This document shows positions 38,334-50,319 of a stretch of 63,337 nt of DNA, in pieces. Source of the DNA: an uncultured virus (IMG/VR IMGVR_UViG_3300044972_001024) (taxonomy: Duplodnaviria; Heunggongvirae; Uroviricota; Caudoviricetes); IMG/VR virus record IMGVR_UViG_3300044972_001024. One strand, given 5' to 3'. The translations under genes and the position numbers were made by a program. Under the pieces are notes generated by a model. It was not told where the DNA came from. It saw only the letters and a program-made list of their open reading frames with translations, and searched no databases. Positions within the stretch are counted from its first letter, which is position 1. Every line of letters starts with the position of its first letter.

Positions 38334-41300
38334 ATGGCGATTCAAGAGTTTTTCACCAGTAGAAATAATGGAATTCCTAGTGGTACTGATTATGTTGGTC
38401 AGTGTGGACGTCTTTGGTATGATCCAGGTTCAAATTCAATAAGAGTATATAATTCACTACCAGGTGGACAAGTTGTTAGTGGTGGTGACGCTACTGGTTT
38501 AGGCGCCACTGGTGCTACTGGAGTTCAAGGAAATATTGGTGCTACTGGCGCAACTGGTGGTGGTGCAACTGGATCAAGTGGACTAACCGGAAGTACTGGA
38601 ATAGGGTTATCTGGTGCTACTGGATTGATAGGTGCTACTGGTTTAGGTATCGTTGGATCAACTGGCATAACTGGTAATGTTGGTGCGACTGGCGCAACAG
38701 GAATTCAAGGAAATATTGGATCTTCAGGATCAAGCGGAGTTCAAGGAAATATTGGTGCAACTGGATCAACTGGTAATCAAGGTGAGATTGGTGCTACTGG
38801 CGCAACTGGCATTCAAGGAAACATTGGTGCAACCGGTGCTAGCGGAATTCAGGGAGAGATAGGTGCCACTGGATCAACGGGTATTCAAGGAAATATTGGT
38901 GCCACTGGTGCTAGCGGAATTCAGGGAGAGATAGGTGCCACTGGATCAACAGGTATTCAAGGAAACATTGGTGCAACTGGTGATAGTGGATTAACAGGTG
39001 CAACTGGATTAGGTGCAACGGGACTAATAGGAAGTACAGGCATACAAGGACCAACTGGTGGTTCAGCTAGTTATTATATCTATAACTCTTTAACTACTGC
39101 ATACAGTGGTAATCCTGGTGATGGATTAATACTATGGAATAATTCAACTCAAATTACTAGTACTCAAATTAACGTTAGTCATTTAACATCAACCTCTCCT
39201 GGTGTTGATATTGATGTATTCTTAGATTTAATTAAAATAAATGATGTTATTATAATTCAAGATGAGATTAATAGCACTAATTATCAACGTTGGATAGTTT
39301 CGGCAGATCCAACGCTTTATATAAATTCATATATAGAAATTCCAGTTACATTGGATAGTTCAGATGGTACTGGTACTACTAATTTCGCTGATAATTTCCC
39401 ATTAATTTTAGTATTAGTTGGTGTTGGTTTAACAGGATCTACTGGACCAATAGGTTCCACCGGTGCTAGTGGTAGTCAAGGTGAGATTGGTGCTACTGGA
39501 TCAAGTGGTGTTCAAGGAAATATTGGCGCAACTGGTGCTAGTGGTATTCAAGGTGAGATTGGTGCTACTGGATCTAGCGGTGTTCAAGGAAATATTGGTG
39601 CCACTGGATCAACTGGTAATCAAGGTGAGATTGGTGCTACTGGATCAAGCGGATTAACAGGTGCAACTGGAGTTGGATCAGTTACAAGCGTTGGTGGTAC
39701 AGGAACAGTCAACGGCATCACACTTACAGGTACAGTAACAACATCTGGAAATCTAACTCTTGGGGGTACGCTAAGTGGCGTAAGCCTGACTACGCAAGTG
39801 TCTGGCACATTACCCATTGCTAACGGTGGTACAAACGCCACGACAGCCGCAGACGCTAGAACAAACCTTGATGTACCTACCCGCACGGGCGGCAACGCTT
39901 CCGGCACTTGGGGAATTAGCGTATCAGGCACTGCGACAACAGCAACAACAGCCAACGCTCTTAATACGGCAAATAGTTATACAGGGGTTACATTTACTGG
40001 TTCAGGAGGAAGATCATTATTTACTGCGGTAAGTGAGCCTTTTGCGGTTGGGTCAAGATACAGCTCATCTGGTGGTTATGTTTATTTTGGCGCAAGTAAT
40101 GCAACGGCAACGCCCGGGATTCAACTATCTTTTGCAACTGGTGCGGCAGGTTTATCTATTTCTACTGCTGGCGTTGTAAGCGGAACTTCATTTAGCGGTG
40201 CTGGCACGGGCTTAACTGGAACTGCAACTTCTTTATCAATTGGTGGTAATGCTGCAACCATTACAAGTCAAGCTAACTCTGCCACGATAACTGCAAGCAC
40301 TACAGCAGGGGCAGCAAGCACAATCGTACAGCGTGACGGCAATGGCTATATCTTTAACAATTATTTTAATTCTACCGATAATTCTATATCATCTGGCGTG
40401 ACAGCAATAATAGCAAAACAGACGGATAACTATTATCGCTCTGCAACAGCGGCGGCCGTAGCTACGTTTATTAGCGGTCAGTCGATGAATATTGCGGGTA
40501 GCGCAACAAGTCTTAATTCATCAAATTCAATTGCCCGCACTGGATCATCCGGTAATTTAAATACGGATTTTAACAACACCCCCGCAGGGACTGGACGTTA
40601 TCAAGGTGATGATGCAAATTTAGCAAATAGCCCCGGAAATACATGGTGGATATATGAAAACAAACGCCATTCAAATGGGAGCAGTTCTTGGGGTACACAG
40701 GTTGCATGGGGTTGGGAAGATAACGCTAATAGATTAGCAACACGAAATGTACAAAACGGATCGTTTGGCGCATGGGTTTATTATTTAAATAGCGCGAATT
40801 ACGGTAGCTTTGCCTTGCCGTTGTCTGGCGGCACGATGACTGGCAGTATCGGCATGAACGATCAAAGATTGTATTTGCGAACAAACGGCGATACTAATCA
40901 TTATTTATGGAACGCAGGAGATGATTGGGAAGAATTAGTAGCTTATTTTGGTACTGGCTTTAGAGTGCAAGCGAGCAATGGACAAACTTTAAAAACATAT
41001 GCTACAGGCGGCAATCAATCTTATGTGCAAGAAACACAAAGATATGCTGCCCCAAGCGGAACTTTTCCTGTAATTATAGGAAATTCGGCTGGTTTTCCTG
41101 TTGATCGAGGAATTATTTTACAGTCATCTTCTGGTTCGTCTATCCCGTTATATTTTACCGTTAGTAGTGGTGCAACGGTTTCTGGATCAGTTATTGCTTC
41201 CGGAGGGTCTACAGCCTACAACACTTCGTCTGATTATCGAATGAAAGAAAACATCCGTGATTTAGATGTTTTGGCGGCAGTTAATAAAATTATGTCTATC

Positions 41301-41555
41301 CGTCCCCGTGTGTTTGATTGGAAGGAAGAATGCGGCGGCAAGAAAAACAGCGTTGGATTTATTGCACATGAATTGCAAGAATATGCACCAGAATGCGTAG
41401 ACGGCGAAAAAGACCGAGTGCATTCAGACGGTGCAATATTTCCCCAAGGCGTAGATAGCTCTTGGTTGATACCGTCCATTTCGGCTATGCTTCAAGAGCA
41501 TCAAAAAGTTATTGAGCAATTAAAGGCAGAAATCGCTTTGCTTAAAGGAATCTAA
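38334..41555 (+). CDS. Collagen-like fibre protein with C-terminal peptidase S74 chaperone
   Basis: GATG-S-G-IQG-(E/N)-I repeats; [32 protein letters not shown]. Confidence 0.85.
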   Translation: MAIQEFFTSRNNGIPSGTDYVGQCGRLWYDPGSNSIRVYNSLPGGQVVSGGDATGLGATGATGVQGNIGATGATGGGATGSSGLTGSTGIGLSGATGLIGATGLGIVGSTGITGNVGATGATGIQGNIGSSGSSGVQGNIGATGSTGNQGEIGATGATGIQGNIGATGASGIQGEIGATGSTGIQGNIGATGASGIQGEIGATGSTGIQGNIGATGDSGLTGATGLGATGLIGSTGIQGPTGGSASYYIYNSLTTAYSGNPGDGLILWNNSTQITSTQINVSHLTSTSPGVDIDVFLDLIKINDVIIIQDEINSTNYQRWIVSADPTLYINSYIEIPVTLDSSDGTGTTNFADNFPLILVLVGVGLTGSTGPIGSTGASGSQGEIGATGSSGVQGNIGATGASGIQGEIGATGSSGVQGNIGATGSTGNQGEIGATGSSGLTGATGVGSVTSVGGTGTVNGITLTGTVTTSGNLTLGGTLSGVSLTTQVSGTLPIANGGTNATTAADARTNLDVPTRTGGNASGTWGISVSGTATTATTANALNTANSYTGVTFTGSGGRSLFTAVSEPFAVGSRYSSSGGYVYFGASNATATPGIQLSFATGAAGLSISTAGVVSGTSFSGAGTGLTGTATSLSIGGNAATITSQANSATITASTTAGAASTIVQRDGNGYIFNNYFNSTDNSISSGVTAIIAKQTDNYYRSATAAAVATFISGQSMNIAGSATSLNSSNSIARTGSSGNLNTDFNNTPAGTGRYQGDDANLANSPGNTWWIYENKRHSNGSSSWGTQVAWGWEDNANRLATRNVQNGSFGAWVYYLNSANYGSFALPLSGGTMTGSIGMNDQRLYLRTNGDTNHYLWNAGDDWEELVAYFGTGFRVQASNGQTLKTYATGGNQSYVQETQRYAAPSGTFPVIIGNSAGFPVDRGIILQSSSGSSIPLYFTVSSGATVSGSVIASGGSTAYNTSSDYRMKENIRDLDVLAAVNKIMSIRPRVFDWKEECGGKKNSVGFIAHELQEYAPECVDGEKDRVHSDGAIFPQGVDSSWLIPSISAMLQEHQKVIEQLKAEIALLKGI

Positions 41556-41927
41556 ATGGAATATACATGGTTAGTCACAGGCATGACAAGTGCAAATATT
41601 GCATCGGAAACTAATGTCATTATTAATGTTAAATGGACTTGCACGGGTACTGACGCAGAGGGCAATGAAGGAATCTTTATTGGCGCAACACCTTTAACAG
41701 TCGGTGACATTGACCCTGCAACATTTGTTCCTTACGACCAACTTACGCAAGCCCTTGTTTTGTCTTGGGTGCAACCGATGATAGAAACCGACCCAAGTTA
41801 TTGGGAATGGATTAACGCCCAAATTAACAAACAAATCCTTGCCGTTAAAGAGCAGGTAAATCCCGACATTCCGCTACCATGGAATCCAACTCCAACACCA
41901 CCAATACCTTCAGAGTCAACATCTTAA
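41556..41927 (+). CDS. Fibre-associated small protein (putative assembly chaperone), paralog 1
   Basis: YTW..FVPYDQLTQALVLSWV..PLPW; directly after fibre gene. Confidence 0.7.
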   Translation: MEYTWLVTGMTSANIASETNVIINVKWTCTGTDAEGNEGIFIGATPLTVGDIDPATFVPYDQLTQALVLSWVQPMIETDPSYWEWINAQINKQILAVKEQVNPDIPLPWNPTPTPPIPSESTS

Positions 41928-42040
41928 AATATTTCATTATAATTTTATTACAATAACTGATTTGATTAATCAAAGTTAGTATGAGCTGATAATCAGTAAT
42001 AGAAATTACAAGTTAACAGATAATATTACTAATTGATTAC

Positions 42041-42066
42041 ATAATAGCCGAGAATTCGGCTATTAT
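42041..42066 (+). terminator. Probable terminator hairpin
   Basis: ATAATAGCCGA-GAAT-TCGGCTATTAT. Confidence 0.65.
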
Positions 42067-42080
42067 TATTATTGTCTACT

Positions 42081-42088
42081 GATAAATA
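42081..42088 (+). promoter_or_regulatory. Putative late promoter GATAAATA
   Basis: Motif upstream of the 2708-aa fibre gene. Confidence 0.65.
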
Positions 42089-42142
42089 CAGTGATAAATC
42101 ATGTTTTAAACATGATGGCCTAGTACCCAAAAGGAAACGAAA

Positions 42143-45100
42143 ATGGCAATTAAAATCTGTGGTAATATTGTATTACCAAACATAAACGGTGGTGTATGTA
42201 ACAACTATTCTATAGGAACAGATGCATTATCATCTGTAACTACTGGAAGTGGTAATTTTGCTGTTGGATGTGGTTCATCTGCGCTTACTACAACTGGATA
42301 TAATAACACATCAATTGGATATGCATCTTTAGGTAATAATACTATTGGTCATGATAATATTGCCGTTGGATGGTCATCATTATTATTTAATACAACAGGT
42401 TCAGATAATATTGCTCTTGGATATGAAGCACTTAGATGTAATATTGGTAATACTAACGTAGCTATTGGACACGGTGCACTAAGCTGTAATACAACTGGAT
42501 GTGGTAACATTGGTATTGGTTATTTGGCATTACAGAATAATACCATTGGTAAATCAAATATAGCTATTGGATCTTATGGAGTATTGAGAAGTAATTCAAC
42601 TGGTAATTTTAATATTGCTTTTGGAGCACGCACATTAGAATGTAATATTAATGGACTTTATAACAATGCTCAGGGTTATTATAGTTTATCATCAAATATA
42701 TCTGGGTCTAGTAATCTTGGTCAGGGTCATTGTGCTCTTAGAAATAATACATCTGGATCTAATAATATTGGTATCGGATGTGCTTCATTATTCAAAAATA
42801 CAACAGGATCAAACAACTTTGGATCAGGATTAGCGGCATTATGTTTTAATGTTAATGGTGATAATAATTTTGCCATTGGTTTTAAAACATTGTCATCTAA
42901 TACATCTGGATCAAATAACACTGCTATTGGATGTCAATCACTTAATAATAATTCGTCAGGTAATAATAATTTTGTTAGTGGATATCGTGCTTTATATTGT
43001 AACTTAACTGGTAGTAATAGTATTGCTATTGGATGTTGTTCATTATATAATGCAAATGCAATTGGAATAAACATTGGTATAGGTGCTGAGGCAGGAAAAT
43101 TAGTAACTACGGGAATTAACAATACAATCATAGGCTCATTAAATGGTACTCCAGGAATGAGTTGTACTTTATTATTGGGTGCTGGTATCTGTGAAAGACT
43201 TAAAGTTGATAATAGTGGATTATATATTAATGGCACTATATTAAACCCTCCCGCAACCCCAACTAGTCTAGGTCTAATATATGGACTAACAACAACTACA
43301 TTATGTAATGTATATATAGGTTTTTGTGCTGGTAATACAACCGGTACAGGATTATCAAATATTGCTAGTGGATTTCAGTCACTAAATTCAATAACAAGTG
43401 GTAATAATAACATTGCAATTGGACTAAATGCTGGTTATAATATTACCACTGGATCTAATAATACGATTATTGGAACTATAACTGCATCTCCAGGTTTATC
43501 TGATACTGTATTGATTGGTACTGGAACATGTGAAAGAATTAAAGTTGATAATACTGGATTGTATGTTAATGGTGCTGCAATATCAGGATATATTGGCGCA
43601 ACAGGTGCTAGTGGTATTCAAGGAGAAATCGGTGCCACCGGTGCCAGCGGAATTCAAGGATATATTGGAGCAACAGGTGCTAGCGGATTCATTGGTGCCA
43701 CAGGTGCTAGCGGAATTCAAGGAGAAATTGGTGCCACAGGTGCTAGCGGAATTCAAGGCGAGATTGGTGCCACTGGCGCTAGTGGAATACAAGGCGAGAT
43801 TGGTGCCACTGGCGCTAGTGGTTTAGATGGAGCAACAGGTGCTAGTGGTTTAGACGGCGCTACTGGTGCTACTGGACCTATTGGTGCCACGGGTGCTAGT
43901 GGACTCGGATCAACAGGTGCCACCGGTGCTAGTGGACTAGATGGAGCCACTGGTGCTAGTGGTATTCAAGGAGAAATTGGCGCTACTGGTGCTAGCGGTA
44001 TTCAGGGAGCCACTGGATATACAGGCGCTAGTGGACTAGGATTCACTCCAATGACCACAACATCTTCTTTTACTACTGATGGGTCTTTAGTCGGAAGTAA
44101 TATCAATTTTTATGTTCCGGACATAGGATCATTCTCTGTTGGTAATTTTGTAAACTTTGTTGATACAACCATCACTAGTACTTTTTTCTATTATGGTAAA
44201 ATTACGTTAATACAAGTTGCTGGGGGATTTGGTTTTGCAGTTTATTTAGATATATTAGGATATGGAGGCACAGCATCATCAGATCCATCTAGTAGTTGGT
44301 CAGTTCTATTATCCGGACAACAAGGCTATACTGGATCTACTGGTGTTCAGGGATATATTGGTGCCACAGGCGCTAGTGGAATTCAAGGTGAGATTGGTGC
44401 TACTGGTGCAACAGGAGCGACTGGTGCTAGTGGAATACAAGGCGAGATTGGCGCAACAGGTGCAAGTGGTATTCAGGGAGAGATTGGTGCCACGGGTGCA
44501 AGTGGAATTCAGGGAGAAATTGGAGCCACTGGTGCTAGTGGTATTCAGGGAGAAATTGGTGCCACCGGTGCTAGTGGAATTCAGGGAGAAATTGGTGCTA
44601 CTGGTGCTACTGGTGCAAGTGGTATTCAAGGCGAGATTGGCGCAACAGGTGCAAGCGGAATTCAGGGAGAAATTGGTGCCACTGGTGCTAGTGGTATTCA
44701 AGGCGAGATTGGCGCAACAGGTGCAAGTGGTATTCAAGGCGAGATTGGTGCCACGGGTGCAAGCGGAATTCAGGGAGAAATTGGTGCTACTGGCGCTAGT
44801 GGAGTTCAAGGAAATATTGGTGCAACTGGTGCTAGTGGAATTCAGGGAGAAATTGGTGCTACTGGTGCTACTGGTGCAAGTGGTATTCAAGGCGAGCATG
44901 GCGCAACTGGTGCTAGTGGAATTCAGGGAGAAATTGGTGCCACCGGTGCCACTGGTGCTAGTGGAATTCAAGGCGAGATTGGTGCCACTGGTGCTAGTGG
45001 TATTCAAGGAGAAATTGGTGCCACCGGCGCTAGTGGAATTCAGGGAGAAATTGGAGCCACTGGTGCTAGTGGTATTCAAGGAGAGATTGGTGCCACTGGT

Positions 45101-48100
45101 GCTAGTGGTATTCAAGGAGAAATTGGTGCAACAGGATCCACAGGTGCTAGTGGAATTCAAGGAGAGATTGGTGCCACTGGCGCAAGTGGCTTAGTAGGCG
45201 CAACTGGATTAGGCGCAACTGGTCTAACAGGAAGTACTGGCATACAAGGACCCACTGGTGGTTCAGCTAGTTATTATAACTATAACTCTTTAACTACAGC
45301 GTATAGTGGTAATCCAGGTTCTGGATTTTTACTTTGGGATAATTCAACTCAAATTACTAGTACTCAAATTAATATCAATCATTTAACATCATTTGGTGTT
45401 GATATTGATGTATTTTTAGAATTAATAAAATCAAATGATGTTATTGTAATTCAAGATGAATCTAATAGTAATAATTTTCAACGTTGGACTGTTTCAGCAG
45501 ATCCAACTCTTTACACAAATTACGTATCAATTTCGGTGACAATTGATACACATGGTGGTACTGGTACTAGTAATTTTGCTGATAATTTGCCACTGATTTT
45601 GGTATTAGTTGGATCAGGGTTAACCGGGTCAACTGGACCAATAGGTTCCACTGGTGCCACTGGTGCTAGTGGAATACAAGGCGAGATTGGTGCCACAGGT
45701 GCTAGTGGAATTCAAGGTTTAACTGGCGCTACAGGTGCTAGTGGTATTCAAGGAAATATTGGCGCAACCGGCGCCACTGGCGCTAGTGGAGTTCAAGGAT
45801 ATATTGGCGCTACAGGTGCTAGTGGTATTCAAGGCGAGATTGGCGCTACAGGCGCTACAGGTGCTAGTGGTATTCAAGGAAATATTGGCGCTACAGGTGC
45901 TAGTGGAGTTCAAGGAAATATTGGTGCCACTGGTGCTAGTGGAATTCAAGGTTTAACTGGCGCTACAGGTGCTAGTGGATTAGATGGATCAACTGGTGCT
46001 ACGGGATTTACAGGCGCTACTGGATTTGGATCAGGACCGGCAACTCCAATTAATTTAGGAACTGTATATGCTTACACTACTAGTGGAGCGGGTAATATTT
46101 CAGTTGGATACTGTAGTGGTAATATAACTAGTACTGGTACTAACAATATTGCTATTGGATTAGATAGTTTATCATCTAATACTACTGGTTTTAATAACAA
46201 TTCTCAAGGAACTCTTGCGCTGTACTGTAATACAACTGGAAGTTGTAACGTTGCTCAAGGATATAATGCTCTGAGAAATAATACTACTGGTAGTAATAAC
46301 ATTGGTATTGGATATCAGGCTGGATGTACAATAACAACTGGTACAAATAATACTGTTATTGGTACATTACCAGCTGCACCCGGATGTGTATGTACATTAT
46401 TATTGGGCGCGGGTACATGTGAAAGATTACGTGTTGATAATACAGGGTTATATGTTAATAATGTATTAGCTAATGTGGCACCACTTACACCAGCTACACC
46501 AACATCACTAGGTATAGTATATGCTTATACAACTAGTGGAACTGGTAACATATCAGTTGGTTATTGTAGTGGTAATACAACCAGTACTGGTACTGACAAT
46601 GTGGCAATTGGATGTAATACACTAAAATGTAATACAACTGGCAGTACTAACATATCTATTGGATTTCAATCTCTACAGGCTAATACAACTGGTTGTGATA
46701 ACATTGCTATAGGAGCTAAGGCACTGTTAATTAATCAAAATGGAAATAATAACATTGCTCAAGGATGTTTTGCACTGTTCTCTAATCAAAATGGAAGTTG
46801 TAATATTGCTCTAGGATTTAGATCACTGGTCAGTTCAAATGCTAGTAATAATATCGCTATTGGATCATGTGCCGGAAATGCAATAACAACTGGCACAAAT
46901 AACACTGTTATTGGTATATTACCAGCTGCAGCCGGATGTGTATGTACATTATTACTGGGTGCTGGTGCATGTGAACGATTACGTGTTGATAATACAGGAT
47001 TATATGTTAATAACGTATTTGCAAACGTTGCGCCACTTACACCCGCCACACCAACGGCATTAGGTATAGTATATGCTTATACAACTAGTGGAACTGGTAA
47101 CATATCAGTTGGTTATTGTAGTGGTAATACAACCAGTACTGGTACTAATAATATCGCTATTGGATGTTGTTCATTAGTATCAAATACTACTGGTAGTAGT
47201 AATATTGCATTAGGATCTTCTGCACTTTATAATACTACCGTTAACAACGGTATTGCCATTGGACAATGTGCACTTTACAGTAATACTACTGGTACAAATA
47301 ATATTGCCATAGGATATTGTGCTCTTATTAGTAATACGATAGGTCAAGCCAACGTTGCAATAGGATGTGGTGCACTTACAAAGAATTTAACTGGTAATTT
47401 TAATATTGCGATTGGATTTCAATCACTATGTTTGAATACAATCGGATCTAATAATATTGCTCAAGGTTATAGAACACTTTACAATAATACAACTGGAAGT
47501 GATAACGTTGCGATAGGATATAAATCACTTTATGGTAATACTACTGGAAGGAATAACATAGCATTAGGTGAGTTTTCTCTTTATAATAATACATATGGTA
47601 ATGATAATATTGCTCAAGGATACTTGGCTCTGTGTTGTAATATCAGCGGAAACAATAATATTGCCATTGGTCAATATACATTAGCTAATAGTACTGTATC
47701 TAATAACATTGCAATGGGATATAGATCATTATGTTCAAACTCAATTGGCACTAATAACTTCGCCGCCGGATATGGAACAATGTTATCTAATACTACCGGA
47801 TCAAATAACGTTGCACTAGGAAATCAATCTCTAAGAACAAATACTATAGGAAGTAATAATACATCAATTGGCAATGCATCATTGTTTTGTAATACTTATG
47901 GGTGTCATAATACAGCAATAGGTTTTAGAGCATTATGTTTAAATACAACTGGTATTAATAATATTGCCATTGGATGTGTGGCTCTTTCTGCTAACACCAT
48001 CGGTTCTGATAATATTGCAATTGGCAGTAACGCATTACAGTTAAATTCTATTGGAACCAGCAACATTGCTCTAGGATGTGGTGCATTACGAAGCAATTCT

Positions 48101-50269
48101 ACTGGTATAAACAACGTTGCAATAGGTTTTGGTGCCATATATTGTAATACCTATGGAACAAATAACACAGCCATAGGTTTCAAAGCGTTATGTCAAAATA
48201 CTACTGGTGCTAATAACACTGCAATCGGATGTCTAGCTCTTTTTAGTAATACTACTGGATGTAACAATACTGCCATTGGATTTCAGTCACTTAGAGGTAA
48301 TACAATTGGAATCCATAATACTGCTATTGGTGTATTAGCCCTATGTAGTAATACTACTGGAAACAGTAATACTGCTATTGGATACGCTGCTCTAGGTAGA
48401 AATACTTATGGAATTAATAATCTAGCCGTTGGACAGTGTGCACTTTTCTTTAATACTACTGGATTTTCCAATAATGCTATTGGATTTAGTGCACTTAAAT
48501 GTAATACCACTGGTAGTAATAATACTGCTATTGGACAGTGTGCACTTTTCTTTAATACTTATGGTATTAATAATACAGCAATTGGATGTGCAGCACTTAA
48601 ATTTAATATCACTGGTAGTAATAATACTGCTATTGGATTAAATGCACTTACCAATAATACTTATGGTATTAATAATACAGCCATTGGATGTCAATCACTT
48701 AATAATAATACTACTGGAAGTAACAATACTGCTATTGGATTTTGTGCACTTTCGTCTAATACTTATGGAAGTAATAACTTTGCAGTAGGATGTGCTTCTC
48801 TTCGTCTAAACACTACTGGAAACAGTAATATTGCTATTGGATTTTGTGCACTTACCTGTAATACAATTGGTAGTAGTAACGTTGCATTTGGTTGTTGCGC
48901 TCTTCGTTTAAACGTCTCTGGGTGTCATAACATTGCCGCTGGATGCAATGCTCTTACTAATAATACTATAGGAAATAGTAATTTCGCTCAGGGTTATAAA
49001 GCACTTACTAATAATACCACCGGAAGTTTCAACACGGCCATTGGTCAGTTTGCATTAATAGCTAATACCTTCGGTTGTGGGAACGTGGCCATCGGAAATC
49101 AAACTCTATTTAAAAATACTACTGGTGTTAATAATTTGGCAATTGGTCAAGCTGCACTATGTTGTAATACTACTGGAAGTAATAATATCGCTATTGGTTT
49201 TGCTACTTTACAGAATAATATTACTGGAGTTAATAACATCGCTGTTGGTTTTCAATCTCTAAATGCCAATACTTATGGTCAAGATAATATTGCTATTGGA
49301 TGTACTTCATTAGTTTCCAATACTACTGGAAACAGAAATATCGCTCTTGGATTATATAGTGGATGTCTAATTACAACTGGCACAAATAACACTATAATTG
49401 GTTCATTACCGGCGGCAGCTGGTTGTGTATGCACATTATTATTAGGTGCTGGTACATGTGAACGTATCAGAGTAGATAATACAGGGTTATATATTAATAA
49501 TGTATTAGCAAATATTACACCAGTTACACCAGCTACCCCAACTGCACTTGGTATAGTATATGCTCTAACCACTAGTGGAACTGGAAATATATCAGTTGGT
49601 TATTGTAGTGGTAATACAACCAGTACTGGTACTAATAATATCGCTATTGGATGTTGTTCATTAGTATCAAATACTACTGGTAATAGTAATATTGCTTTGG
49701 GATATTTAGCTGGATGTTTAATTACCACTGGAACTAATAATACAGTAATTGGTTCATTACCAGCCACTGCAGGTTTAGTATGTACATTATTATTGGGTGC
49801 AGGTACTTGTGAACGTTTAAAAATTGATAATAATGGTTTATGTACAAATGGTACCAGTGGACTTCAAACTCCATCACTTGGAGTTGGTACAGCACCAAGC
49901 GGTACAGTAGGTGAAATTCGTGCTACTAACAATATCACAGCCTATTATACATCTGATCGTAAGTTCAAAGAAAATATCAAACCAATTGAAAATGCACTTG
50001 CAAAAGTACAAGGTATTGGTGGTAAAACTTATGATTGGACCGATGAATATGTCAAAAATCATGGTGGAGAAGATGGGTATTTTGTTCAAAAATCTGACTT
50101 TGGAGTTATTGCTCAAGATGTACAATTAATGTTCCCATTGGCTGTACGTACAAAAGAAGATGGAACGTTAGCAGTTGATTATGAAAAGTTAGTAGCATTG
50201 TCATTTGCGGCAATAGTAGAACTCAAGAAAGAAATTGATGAACTAAAAGATAAAAATGTCAACAAGTAA
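42143..50269 (+). CDS. Giant fibre/adhesin (2708 aa): Cys-rich 14-aa NxAIG repeats, collagen tract, S74 chaperone
   Basis: NNTAIGxxALxxNTTG repeats (trimeric-adhesin head-like); [12 protein letters not shown] repeats; [19 protein letters not shown]. Confidence 0.85.
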   Translation: MAIKICGNIVLPNINGGVCNNYSIGTDALSSVTTGSGNFAVGCGSSALTTTGYNNTSIGYASLGNNTIGHDNIAVGWSSLLFNTTGSDNIALGYEALRCNIGNTNVAIGHGALSCNTTGCGNIGIGYLALQNNTIGKSNIAIGSYGVLRSNSTGNFNIAFGARTLECNINGLYNNAQGYYSLSSNISGSSNLGQGHCALRNNTSGSNNIGIGCASLFKNTTGSNNFGSGLAALCFNVNGDNNFAIGFKTLSSNTSGSNNTAIGCQSLNNNSSGNNNFVSGYRALYCNLTGSNSIAIGCCSLYNANAIGINIGIGAEAGKLVTTGINNTIIGSLNGTPGMSCTLLLGAGICERLKVDNSGLYINGTILNPPATPTSLGLIYGLTTTTLCNVYIGFCAGNTTGTGLSNIASGFQSLNSITSGNNNIAIGLNAGYNITTGSNNTIIGTITASPGLSDTVLIGTGTCERIKVDNTGLYVNGAAISGYIGATGASGIQGEIGATGASGIQGYIGATGASGFIGATGASGIQGEIGATGASGIQGEIGATGASGIQGEIGATGASGLDGATGASGLDGATGATGPIGATGASGLGSTGATGASGLDGATGASGIQGEIGATGASGIQGATGYTGASGLGFTPMTTTSSFTTDGSLVGSNINFYVPDIGSFSVGNFVNFVDTTITSTFFYYGKITLIQVAGGFGFAVYLDILGYGGTASSDPSSSWSVLLSGQQGYTGSTGVQGYIGATGASGIQGEIGATGATGATGASGIQGEIGATGASGIQGEIGATGASGIQGEIGATGASGIQGEIGATGASGIQGEIGATGATGASGIQGEIGATGASGIQGEIGATGASGIQGEIGATGASGIQGEIGATGASGIQGEIGATGASGVQGNIGATGASGIQGEIGATGATGASGIQGEHGATGASGIQGEIGATGATGASGIQGEIGATGASGIQGEIGATGASGIQGEIGATGASGIQGEIGATGASGIQGEIGATGSTGASGIQGEIGATGASGLVGATGLGATGLTGSTGIQGPTGGSASYYNYNSLTTAYSGNPGSGFLLWDNSTQITSTQININHLTSFGVDIDVFLELIKSNDVIVIQDESNSNNFQRWTVSADPTLYTNYVSISVTIDTHGGTGTSNFADNLPLILVLVGSGLTGSTGPIGSTGATGASGIQGEIGATGASGIQGLTGATGASGIQGNIGATGATGASGVQGYIGATGASGIQGEIGATGATGASGIQGNIGATGASGVQGNIGATGASGIQGLTGATGASGLDGSTGATGFTGATGFGSGPATPINLGTVYAYTTSGAGNISVGYCSGNITSTGTNNIAIGLDSLSSNTTGFNNNSQGTLALYCNTTGSCNVAQGYNALRNNTTGSNNIGIGYQAGCTITTGTNNTVIGTLPAAPGCVCTLLLGAGTCERLRVDNTGLYVNNVLANVAPLTPATPTSLGIVYAYTTSGTGNISVGYCSGNTTSTGTDNVAIGCNTLKCNTTGSTNISIGFQSLQANTTGCDNIAIGAKALLINQNGNNNIAQGCFALFSNQNGSCNIALGFRSLVSSNASNNIAIGSCAGNAITTGTNNTVIGILPAAAGCVCTLLLGAGACERLRVDNTGLYVNNVFANVAPLTPATPTALGIVYAYTTSGTGNISVGYCSGNTTSTGTNNIAIGCCSLVSNTTGSSNIALGSSALYNTTVNNGIAIGQCALYSNTTGTNNIAIGYCALISNTIGQANVAIGCGALTKNLTGNFNIAIGFQSLCLNTIGSNNIAQGYRTLYNNTTGSDNVAIGYKSLYGNTTGRNNIALGEFSLYNNTYGNDNIAQGYLALCCNISGNNNIAIGQYTLANSTVSNNIAMGYRSLCSNSIGTNNFAAGYGTMLSNTTGSNNVALGNQSLRTNTIGSNNTSIGNASLFCNTYGCHNTAIGFRALCLNTTGINNIAIGCVALSANTIGSDNIAIGSNALQLNSIGTSNIALGCGALRSNSTGINNVAIGFGAIYCNTYGTNNTAIGFKALCQNTTGANNTAIGCLALFSNTTGCNNTAIGFQSLRGNTIGIHNTAIGVLALCSNTTGNSNTAIGYAALGRNTYGINNLAVGQCALFFNTTGFSNNAIGFSALKCNTTGSNNTAIGQCALFFNTYGINNTAIGCAALKFNITGSNNTAIGLNALTNNTYGINNTAIGCQSLNNNTTGSNNTAIGFCALSSNTYGSNNFAVGCASLRLNTTGNSNIAIGFCALTCNTIGSSNVAFGCCALRLNVSGCHNIAAGCNALTNNTIGNSNFAQGYKALTNNTTGSFNTAIGQFALIANTFGCGNVAIGNQTLFKNTTGVNNLAIGQAALCCNTTGSNNIAIGFATLQNNITGVNNIAVGFQSLNANTYGQDNIAIGCTSLVSNTTGNRNIALGLYSGCLITTGTNNTIIGSLPAAAGCVCTLLLGAGTCERIRVDNTGLYINNVLANITPVTPATPTALGIVYALTTSGTGNISVGYCSGNTTSTGTNNIAIGCCSLVSNTTGNSNIALGYLAGCLITTGTNNTVIGSLPATAGLVCTLLLGAGTCERLKIDNNGLCTNGTSGLQTPSLGVGTAPSGTVGEIRATNNITAYYTSDRKFKENIKPIENALAKVQGIGGKTYDWTDEYVKNHGGEDGYFVQKSDFGVIAQDVQLMFPLAVRTKEDGTLAVDYEKLVALSFAAIVELKKEIDELKDKNVNK
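43585..46030 (+). repeat. Imperfect 36-bp tandem repeats encoding [12 protein letters not shown], interrupted by two globular domains
   Basis: Repeating ggtgc(t/c/a)ac(t/a)ggtgctagtgg(a/t)attca(a/g)gg(a/c)ga(a/g)att units. Confidence 0.9.
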
Positions 50270-50319
50270 TGATATAATTAGTAATAAATACAATATGAGA
50301 ATAATTCTGGAGATATACA

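Noticed and set aside
44262..45194. 310-aa (+) and 283-aa (-) repetitive alternative-frame ORFs, and similar short ORFs across the fibre genes
   Set aside because: Stop-free by-products of the 36-bp and 42-bp coding repeats
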